Shown here: positions 30,928 to 39,934 of the stretch, piece after piece
Layout of the letters: each line of letters starts with the position of its first letter
Position numbering within the stretch: position 1 is the first letter of the stretch
Assembly: GCA_965644495.1 (NCBI GenBank)
Contig: CBFFSA010000027.1
Span: forward strand, 1-64,000
Direction: 5' to 3'
DNA length: 64,000 bases
Origin: Perkinsela sp. CCAP 1560/9
Taxonomy: Eukaryota > Protista > Euglenozoa: Kinetoplastea
The notes under the pieces: generated by a model
Told to the model about the DNA's origin: nothing
The model's database searches: none
What the model saw: only the letters and a program-made list of their open reading frames with translations
Position numbers and translations under genes: made by a program

Positions 30928-32055
30928 TAGGGGGGACCTTCGATGAATCTTCATCGAAAGTTGTACACTTTCGATGAAGCACATCGAAAGTTGTACACTT
31001 TCGATGAATCTTCATCGAAGGTGTTTTTGACTTTTTTTGACTTTTTTAACTTTTTGTTTTTGAACGAATTTTTCCATTGGCTGTTGAAAACACGTTGCAT
31101 GAAACATATAATTTCATTTTAAATTCAATAATTTTTTGTTTTTTTGTCTGAATTCTGACTTTCCGTTTTTTTTCACATTTTGGCTTGGGGGTACGTTCGT
31201 TGATTTCTCAACGAACGTACCCTGTGACCGTAAAAAATCTGCAGGACCTTAGAGGGAGGAGGAAGAAAGGCCCAACTGATAACTACTTGATAATCTTGAT
31301 AATCTTGACCAACTACCTTGATAACAAATTTTAGTACCCATTCGTGGGAAGCAATTTGCGAAGCCCAACTACTTGATAACAAATTTTAGTACCCATTTTG
31401 GCCGCGCGGGGGCCCCCGCGTGAGCGGGGGTGCGCGCGGCCGCGAAACGGCGAGGGCCCGCGTGAGCGGGCCTGAGCCGTACCCCGCTTAGGGTTCCCCT
31501 GTGCGTCGTTAGTGGGAAGCAATTTGCGAAGCTCACTGAATTTCGTAGTTTTCGCTACGCAGGCGTTGTCAACGTATATAGCGAAGTGTAGGATACTGAA
31601 CGCACGGAAAATGAAAATCAAAAAAAATTCTTGGATGTTCCACAAAAGTCCTTGACTTATGCAAAAGTCCTTGATTTCCACCGTGAATTTCCGTTCGTTG
31701 AGTACTCAACGAAAATCCGGCACTTCGTTGAGTGCTCAACGAAAATCCTGTGTTTACCCCTTCCGCAGGATTGTCGCTCAAAATATGTATATGGATCAGT
31801 CAAAAACGCTTCGATGAAGATAAACTGAAGAAACGGTGAAATTCCTCTACGAGCCTTCACAAAACACTTCGATGATGCACCAAAAAAGTCAAAATGTCTA
31901 TATGCATCCGCGAAAAACGTTTGCGTGAAGATTTGAAAAAATAAAAAAAAAGTCAAAAACACCTTCGATGAAGATTCATCGAAAGTGTACAACTTTCAAT
32001 GTGCTTCATCGAAAGTTGTACACTTTCGATGAAGCTTCATCGAAGGTCCCCCCTA
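30928..32055. mobile_element. 1.13-kb non-coding element with ~110-bp terminal inverted repeats (MITE-like)
   Basis: TAGGGGGGACCTTCGATGAA... and ...TTCATCGAAGGTCCCCCCTA; internal palindromes and direct repeats; no ORF. Confidence 0.75.
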
Positions 32056-32058
32056 CCC

Positions 32059-32189
32059 ACAAAAAGGGGGTAATAAACAAAAAGGGCATTAGCCCTCATG
32101 CCGAGACTAGGGATCACACATCCAGATCTTCCTTCTCAACTGCTTTGCCCAGGATGTAACATTCTTTTGAAAGACGAATCAATATTGCC
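32059..32189 (-). ncRNA. Candidate template (~1.5 repeat units), boundary hairpin and 5' domain of the template RNA
   Basis: AGGGC-ATTA-GCCCT hairpin abuts the repeat; 32100-32107 can pair with 29808-29815. Confidence 0.5.
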
Positions 32190-32591
32190 TTTTTTTTTTG
32201 TTCTCTTCATCGAAGGTCCCCACTACCCAACATCATCTGGTATTTTTATCTTATGAGCCGTCATTACTGTTTTTTTTTTTGTGTTATCTTGTGTGCTTTT
32301 GGCCCGATTTCCGGAGTAACTTCAAAGATTCAGCATTGTAGACTTCCTACCCAATGTTCTTGGGCCATATATATAAACTTTTAGAACTTGATAAAATTGA
32401 TAACCATTGCACATACTCAGTTCCACTTTTTATCTATCTTTATCACCAATGACTGTCCTAAGATGTTGCAACGTCTTGAGATTAAAACCAAATCATCATC
32501 TAGCATTTTAGCTTATGTGCCGTCATCACTGTTTTTTTTTGTGTGTTATCTTGTGTGCTTTTGGCACGATTTCCGGAGTAACTTCAAAGAT

Positions 32592-35500
32592 TCAGCATTG
32601 CAGACTTCCTACCCAATGTTCTTGGGCCATATATTGCCGCAGTTGCGAGAAGATAGTGTATGCGGAGAATTTTTCAATTTCCAATTGGAATGCTTCTCGA
32701 GTGTTTTCTACGTCTAGGCCTGCCCTATTTGCCAGTGTCTTGAGGAGTTCCTTAGTTTCCTTGTGAAGAAGACCACAATCTGTTACTGGTATGCAGCGAA
32801 AGTATTCTTGGTCCAATCCTTTTTCCTGCACATATTTCCGTTGCTTACGGTCTACCGCATTTTGGAGGAGGGCAACGCTTGTCTGCCGCTTGTAGCTCCC
32901 ACAACAAGTGTGCACCACTGTCACATCGTAGAGTATCTCCCCAACATTTGGCCACATTATGGCCAGATCAGGGCCTGAACGAATTCTCCGAGCACGACAA
33001 GGATGATGTTCTGCAGCTTCAGGTGAAATGGAACATTTGCACTTCGTGCAGAAGAAGGAAGAATGAAGGCGTGGTTCTATAGCGCAGGGTACTCCAGCTT
33101 TGGCACAAAGATCGGAAAGGTAGCGCACGATGTGGGAGTGCTTTCTCGTACAGTTCATCCCTGCACATCTTGAACACCCAGCTACATGTGAAATGATTCC
33201 ATGTGGTGTTTCCGTGGCGCCGCATCCTGGACAAGTAATTTCATTCGGCGCACCTTGGAGTGCGATACCAAGCCGCATCATGAGTGTATATCGGAAGAGA
33301 TACGGATTCACGTAATTATTTGTCGCTGCCAAGTGGAGATTTGCTTCTTTTGATCGCTTCATAATGCCCGCAAATCTATCCTTTTGCATCAGTTCTGAAG
33401 CCAGTGTTTCATGTTCTAACTTAATCTGCTTTTTGAAATCAGTACGTGCAGCTTGGCTGGAAATTTTCTTGTGGTTGGCACCTTTCCGCTCTCCCGTGAT
33501 ATCTACTGGAGCGTTAGTGGGTTTAAGTTGCTCATCAATAGATTTACGGGAAATCGCAAAAAGATAGCGTTGCTTCAATATCGTCGATGTTATGCCTAAG
33601 CCGCCCATCTTACATGGTAGAGAAGCTAGTCGGAGGGCTTCATCATCTGCATTGCACCATCGTCTCAACACTTTGTGGATTTCTTTATCAAATACCTCAG
33701 CGAGGGAAAACGTTGCCTCTGGAACGTGCACTCTAAGATGATAATCGTGACGTGGAAGAGTACACCGACGCAGGATTGCTAGCGACAGGTTACTTGGCCC
33801 CATCACCCGCAGACGACGAAAAAGGCATTCATGTTTACTCAGCTTTTCAATCAGTTTATGTTCCACAACTTTCGCACTTCCTATGTATCCACCTAACACT
33901 TTGATGGACTGTTCGCATGTTGTGACGCCAAGCTCCTTGAGGTTGGTTTTATTTAATACTTCGTTTGTGTTTCGGAACCACTCGCATTTTCCGTAGTTTA
34001 TATGTAAATTCAAATCCTGGGTAAGTTCACGTAAATGATGAAAAGCTGCCTCCAGTGACTTTACATTCTTTGAGCTCATTGTAACGTCGTCTTGGTACGC
34101 TCGAATTTTTACTTCGGGATAATTTTTGGAGACCTCCTTCAACGGTTGTTGCAGGAGAGAGCAAAAATAGAGCGATGAAAGTGCTGATCCCTGTCTTACT
34201 CCTGAAGAACTTTCTATAATCGAGTGTAATGCATTATTGGCGAAGAAAAGGAGTTCGGAAGGCTGGCCATATTCTAGATAAAAAAGCCGCATGAAGTGTT
34301 TAAAGATCGGCTCCTTAAGCAGTGATTTCGCTATTTCCGTACGATGTGGCGTATTATAAGCATTCTTGAAATCAACTGTGAGTATAGTGTATCCGTCTTT
34401 TCGTTCCTCTAACAACTCATGCACTATTGACTCACAGGCTCTTTCTTGTAGAATACCCCGTTGGATTGGCTGGAAAAGGGTTTTGAGGGAGCTTTCGTGT
34501 CTGTTTAAGAGAATCGAACCGCATATTTTTAGAATTGTGTCGCCCATTGCAACTGGTCGTATGCCGTTTTGCGGCTTTGCTAGAGCAATTATTCTGCAGC
34601 GTGTCAGTCGTTTACGTACGCTTTCTGCCACATCACCATTTATGACGTCACGAAACATGTGGCAAAGCGCTAGGCAGGATTCCTCATCTTCCACTAAAAG
34701 TCGCATCATGCTTTCGCTGAAGCCTGTTGGTCCCGGCGCTGCTCCTCGAGATAGTTTTTCTGTTGCCACCCGAAGCTCTGATTGCTCAACTACCCCAATT
34801 CGTGGAAAATCTTCTTCTAAACGTTTGGGGGTGGGTCCTGTAGGATGGAGCTCTTTCAACTTGAAAACTTTCTCATGCGGTTCTAGAGATGACTCTCGGT
34901 ATACATTGTCCAAAATCCGTGTTGCTTTACTCAAATTTCCTGCTTTTGCTGCTGTCAGTGCGTTTCTTATTGACCGCTGATCGATTGCAAGTTCTTGACG
35001 TTGTTCTTCACTCAGATTTTGGTCATCTAAGAGCTCGCGGTGTCTACGGCGGTGGGCTGAACTCTGTTTTCTTTTCAAAGTGAGACGAACTGTGGCCAGC
35101 GAATCCCTTGGAGCATCCAGTAATTTGTGCCATATGGCAGTTTTCTCTGATTCTAAAATGGTTTTAGGGTAGTCTCGTACAATGGATCGGAAGATGGCTA
35201 CTACATGAACTCCAAATGATGGATCGATTTGAACGAATGTCGGTAGAGGTTCATAGTCTCGGTTATTCTCGGCGCTTTCTTCTTCTTCGTCTTGATCTTC
35301 ATTCTTCTCGTCCAGGAAATTCCCAATCGCCTTTATCTTATTCAGCTTAACAGCACCTAGCGACCATATTTTAATTCTGTCTGACGGCGGTAAGTGTAGG
35401 ATACCTTGTGGACCCTCTCCTTTCCCCTCCTTATAAGAAATCTGAATCTTTACCATTCCTTTCCGTGAGGATCTTTTTACGACTTCGCCAACGGAGTGAT

Positions 35501-36053
35501 ACATCTCTTTATTCCTGCTAAATCCCCATCGCACCTCGCAAGTCGTACCTTTGCCCCATTCTCTAATAATTTGTTGGACTTGGTCAGGGGCTTTTGCGAA
35601 ACATGGGTTGCTCTTGTTTTCTTCACCGTCTGTCGACATAGAATCCGATTGTGTCGCTTTTTCGTCTTCGGACTTTGAGGCGTTCGATTCATCATTTTCC
35701 GAAGTTTCTATATCGATATTTCCTCGTTCAATTCTGTTTCGCATCGTGTATCTCTTCAACTTGATGAGATTCGAATTCTTCGCTTCTACTTGATCATGAA
35801 TTTCGTGGTCAGCCCAAATTGGAGAAATGTCTTTTCCTGTGCTTTGACTGATAACCCTAATTCGTGGTGTCTTCTTGGGTTTCGGTGCGGTCTCACTTTT
35901 ATTGTAGCTCGGCTCGGTGATTCTGGTGTTCGGAGAAGCTCTACAGCGTCCTTCGCTACAATCATCCTTCCGGGTAGCTTGCAGAAAATTTCCCGATGTC
36001 GCCCCGATGTCGTCCGTGAAGTGTTTTCCAAATCTCGCTTGACGAGCGAACAT
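32592..36053 (-). CDS. RT + Zn-knuckle + RLE polyprotein, 1153 aa (B2)
   Basis: RPVAMGD, VDFKNAYN, GVRQGSALS, YQDD, CPGC..HVAGC..C, GPDL..YDVTVVH..RK. Confidence 0.93.
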   Translation of the reverse strand: MFARQARFGKHFTDDIGATSGNFLQATRKDDCSEGRCRASPNTRITEPSYNKSETAPKPKKTPRIRVISQSTGKDISPIWADHEIHDQVEAKNSNLIKLKRYTMRNRIERGNIDIETSENDESNASKSEDEKATQSDSMSTDGEENKSNPCFAKAPDQVQQIIREWGKGTTCEVRWGFSRNKEMYHSVGEVVKRSSRKGMVKIQISYKEGKGEGPQGILHLPPSDRIKIWSLGAVKLNKIKAIGNFLDEKNEDQDEEEESAENNRDYEPLPTFVQIDPSFGVHVVAIFRSIVRDYPKTILESEKTAIWHKLLDAPRDSLATVRLTLKRKQSSAHRRRHRELLDDQNLSEEQRQELAIDQRSIRNALTAAKAGNLSKATRILDNVYRESSLEPHEKVFKLKELHPTGPTPKRLEEDFPRIGVVEQSELRVATEKLSRGAAPGPTGFSESMMRLLVEDEESCLALCHMFRDVINGDVAESVRKRLTRCRIIALAKPQNGIRPVAMGDTILKICGSILLNRHESSLKTLFQPIQRGILQERACESIVHELLEERKDGYTILTVDFKNAYNTPHRTEIAKSLLKEPIFKHFMRLFYLEYGQPSELLFFANNALHSIIESSSGVRQGSALSSLYFCSLLQQPLKEVSKNYPEVKIRAYQDDVTMSSKNVKSLEAAFHHLRELTQDLNLHINYGKCEWFRNTNEVLNKTNLKELGVTTCEQSIKVLGGYIGSAKVVEHKLIEKLSKHECLFRRLRVMGPSNLSLAILRRCTLPRHDYHLRVHVPEATFSLAEVFDKEIHKVLRRWCNADDEALRLASLPCKMGGLGITSTILKQRYLFAISRKSIDEQLKPTNAPVDITGERKGANHKKISSQAARTDFKKQIKLEHETLASELMQKDRFAGIMKRSKEANLHLAATNNYVNPYLFRYTLMMRLGIALQGAPNEITCPGCGATETPHGIISHVAGCSRCAGMNCTRKHSHIVRYLSDLCAKAGVPCAIEPRLHSSFFCTKCKCSISPEAAEHHPCRARRIRSGPDLAIMWPNVGEILYDVTVVHTCCGSYKRQTSVALLQNAVDRKQRKYVQEKGLDQEYFRCIPVTDCGLLHKETKELLKTLANRAGLDVENTREAFQLEIEKFSAYTIFSQLRQYMAQEHWVGSLQC

Positions 36054-36080
36054 GTTTAAGTAATCTCAATAAAAAAAAAT

Positions 36081-36115
36081 CAACAAGGTACAGAAACTGT
36101 ATCTTTATCGTTAAA
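36081..36115 (-). other. Spliced-leader exon, near full length
   Basis: TTTAACGATAAAGATACAGTTTCTGTACCTTGTTG shares AACG...ACAGTTTCTGTAC...TTG with trypanosomatid SL. Confidence 0.88.
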
Positions 36116-37001
36116 AAGGGGGTAATAAACAAAAAGGGGGTAATAAACAAAAAGGGGGTAATAAACAAAAAGGGGGTAATAAACAAAAAGGGGGTAATAA
36201 ACAAAAAGGGGGTAATAAACAAAAAGGGGGTAATAAACAAAAAGGGGGTAATAAACAAAAAGGGGGTAATAAACAAAAAGGGGGTAATAAACAAAAAGGG
36301 GGTAATAAACAAAAAGGGGGTAATAAACAAAAAGGGGGTAATAAACAAAAAGGGGGTAATAAACAAAAAGGGGGTAATAAACAAAAAGGGGGTAATAAAC
36401 AAAAAGGGGGTAATAAACAAAAAGGGGGTAATAAACAAAAAGGGGGTAATAAACAAAAAGGGGGTAATAAACAAAAAGGGGGTAATAAACAAAAAGGGGG
36501 TAATAAACAAAAAGGGGGTAATAAACAAAAAGGGGGTAATAAACAAAAAGGGGGTAATAAACAAAAAGGGGGTAATAAACAAAAAGGGGGTAATAAACAA
36601 AAAGGGGGTAATAAACAAAAAGGGGGTAATAAACAAAAAGGGGGTAATAAACAAAAAGGGGGTAATAAACAAAAAGGGGGTAATAAACAAAAAGGGGGTA
36701 ATAAACAAAAAGGGGGTAATAAACAAAAAGGGGGTAATAAACAAAAGGGGGGTAATAAACAAAAAGGGGGTAATAAACAAAAAGGGGGTAATAAACAAAA
36801 AGGGGGTAATAAACAAAAAGGGGGTAATAAACAAAAAGGGGGTAATAAACAAGAAGGGGGTATAAACAAAAAGGGGGTAATAAACAAAAAGGGGGTAATA
36901 AACAAAAAGGGGGTAATAAACAAAAAGAGGGTAATAAACAAAAAGGGGGTAATAAACAAAAAGGGGGTAATAAACAAAAAGGGGGTAATAAACAAAAAGG
37001 G
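36113..37001. repeat. Type 2 18-bp repeat, ~49 units
   Basis: Direct inspection; exits into CATTAGCCCTCATGCC. Confidence 0.97.
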
Positions 37002-37149
37002 CATTAGCCCTCATGCCATTTTGTATTTGAATAGTCCCTAAGCACATACACATCCGTTAATAACTTTTCTAATGAATTTACGAAATCAATCAATCAGCAG
37101 TCCCAGCCACGTCTATCTGGAATATTTATTTATTTATTTATTTATTTAT

Positions 37150-38845
37150 AACAAAAACAAAGGTCTTAACAAAAGCCCGTGGAGCGCATATATTATATAC
37201 GCGCCGATTACTATCAAATGTTCACATTCTAATAAACTAATATCCCTTTCTTTTCTTAGGAAGTATTTGAGATGACAAGCTTAAAAACTTGTCTCAGTGT
37301 ATTGGTCGTGAGCTAGAAACTGGCGGAGTTGAGCGTGGAGGATACTTCCTGCCTGTTCCTGGTGGAGTAGCGTAAATGTTTCCATTACGCTGTGTCTCTC
37401 TAGCCCGCAACGGTCCGCAATAGCCCACAGGAGATTTCGAGTGGCGTTGTGCATGGAACCGCAGGACAGAACAGGGATACATTCAAAGCATTCCTTGTTT
37501 ATCATGCCACTGTCAACATAGCGTACACGCTTGCGCTTTATCGCTTCGTTCATGAGGAATGTCGTATTGTGTTTGATATTCGAGGGAGCCAGTTCGTGAA
37601 CTACTGTGAGGTCGTAGTATTTCTCTCCTGAAGCCCATTGAATTGCGAGGTCGGGGCCCGTGCGACGCAGAGTACTTCCAACACATGTCCTGGTATGTTC
37701 CGTTTTGTTTTCAGGGTGGATCGTGGCTGCGCACGCAGAGCACTCATAGTAACTGAACTGACGAGGTTCACGTTCACACGGCAATCCAGCTCGGAGGCAT
37801 AGCTCGTAAAGGTAGCGAACAAGGGCATGATGCTTCGTAGTTACATTGTGTCCTGCACATTTGACGCATCCAGGTATGTGGGTTAGCGCTTCCGAGGAGC
37901 TTAGGAGCTTTTTGCATCCCGGGCATAGCAACGAGTTTGGCAGTTGTGGGTGGCTTATTTTTAGTCGTGACATGATGTTTAGCGTGTAGATGTGCGAAGG
38001 AATGATTTTGCGATTCCCGATAAGCCATTCATAGCTCCCTTTCTTGCTGCAAGCTTTAATCGTCGGAGCCCACTCCTTGTTTTTGAGAAGATTTGTATGG
38101 ATTTCTGTGGCTCTTTTGGTCTCCGTCACCACCTCGTCCTCAGGTGTCTTATGTGATTCCTCCAACGTCCCTGCAGGTGCTGGCGGTTCCATGCGCTGTG
38201 CCATCCGAGCTGAAAAGGATTTTTGATGCTCAAAAACGGCATGTCGCGATGAAGTGTACGCAGCGTTCCGCAAGGGTTCTGTTGCTGGAATACCCAATCC
38301 ACCTTTCTTTAAAGGTAGTCTTGCTATCATTTCTTGCTCTGGACTCAGAGGTCCCAACCACGATGTGACGACATTCTTGATCTCGTGGTCAAATTTTCGC
38401 GCTAGCTCAAGTGAGGCCTCTGGTTTATGTACCCGTACGTGATAACGGTGCCGAACGTTTACGCTGCGCGATAGCAAAAGCAGGGACGCGTTGTTGGCAC
38501 CCATCTTTTTAAGACGTCTGAATATCGTATGGTGTTTTTCCAGCGTTCGAATTAATTCGGATCCTATGCGCTGTTCCTCCCCAACGAATGCACCCAGTAC
38601 TTTAACGACTTCGCTCTCTGTACGCACACCTTCTTCTTTGAGTGTTGATGGAATGGGGGCGTCGCTTTTCCCTTCAAACCAGATGCATTTTTCGTTATTG
38701 AGTTGAATTCCTTTAGTGAGAAGCAGGGTTTGTAACCGGTGGTATGCCGCCTCGACCTCTTTTCCACTAGGAGAAGTGAGGTTGACGTCGTCGACGTAAG
38801 CTAGAACTTTGACGTTTGGAAATTCCTGCGCTATGGTCTCCAACA
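37150..38845 (-). mobile_element. Family F copy 2, 5'-truncated (ORF 37281 to ~38843)
   Basis: Near-identical to 26336-28031 with the same truncation point; (ATTT)n at its 3' junction. Confidence 0.88.
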
Positions 38846-39004
38846 AAAAGGGGGTAATAAACAAAAAGGGGGTAATAAACAAAAAGGGGGTAATAAACAA
38901 AAAGGGGGTAATAAACAAAAAGGGGGTAATAAACAAAAAGGGGGTAATAAACAAAAAGGGGGTAATAAACAAAAAGGGGGTAATAAACAAAAAGGGGGTA
39001 ATAA
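38842..39004. repeat. Type 2 18-bp repeat, ~9 units
   Basis: Direct inspection. Confidence 0.96.
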
Positions 39005-39934
39005 TCTTTTTATGAGAACCTTTCTTTTTATGTATATATTATCGGAATTACTAATGTGAACACTATTGTGGTATTCTTGATTTATCGTGTATTCAAAATT
39101 CACCGTTAAAGATTTCCTATTTTTTTTTTAACGCACCTCGCTAACGGCATTCAACTGGTATTCACAGGGCCGTTTCATCTCCATCGACCGGTGCCAAGTA
39201 TTTCCTAAATTGAGACATTGCGACCGAACCATTCAGTTCTTGCAATTGCAAAGCGAAATCCTGGTGAATCTTATCGCGTGCCAGTCCACATGCAACTGCA
39301 AGAGCCGACAATAATTCCTTGGTGTTTGGATGCATGGCGCCTCCAGAAAGCATGGGAATGCACAAAAACTGCTGTTTCGGAATTAAGCTCGACACGACGT
39401 ACCGGTTAATCTTACGATTGATAGCGTCTCGCATGAGAATTGCGCCGCTGCGTTTGATGTTGGATTGTGAAAGCTCGTGTATGACGGTAAAATCATAAAA
39501 GATGTCCCCGTCTGCCCAATGGATGACTAAATCTGGCCCGGAATGGTGGAATGAACCAGATCCGCAAGTCCTTTGGTGTGACGCTTTATTTTCACCGTCA
39601 ACAGTGGTACCGCACTTTCCGCAGGTGTATGTCGCGAATTGTCTAGGTTCGAGCTCGCAGGGAATGCCGGCCTTAATACATAGCGCATAGAGTTGACGCA
39701 CCATTCTGTTGTGTTTTGTGGTAGCGTTAATCCCAGAGCATTTAACGCATCCGGACACGTGAGCAATTGCGCTGCTGGAGGTGAGGAGAACGTGGCACCC
39801 AGGACATTGTACCTTCGATGGTAGCAACGGATGCTCTATTCCGAAACGGGGCATTATCGCCAACGTGAAAAGTCGCGAAGGAATGAATTTGGTGCAAGCG
39901 GTGAGCCAATTGTAATTCCCTTTCGCACTGGCCA

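Larger units (their letters stand above)
32190..36115 (-). mobile_element. Full-length non-LTR retrotransposon family B2 (SL to poly(A))
   Basis: 35-nt SL at 36081-36115, intact 1153-aa ORF, 3' UTR, T10 at 32190-32199. Confidence 0.93.

Noticed and set aside
139-37053. Repeat-derived ORFs (LLLRPF, VKTLSF, LTKERV, FITPFL, CLLPPF, VYYPLF)
   Set aside because: Automatic consequence of stop-free 18-bp units; no evidence of translation
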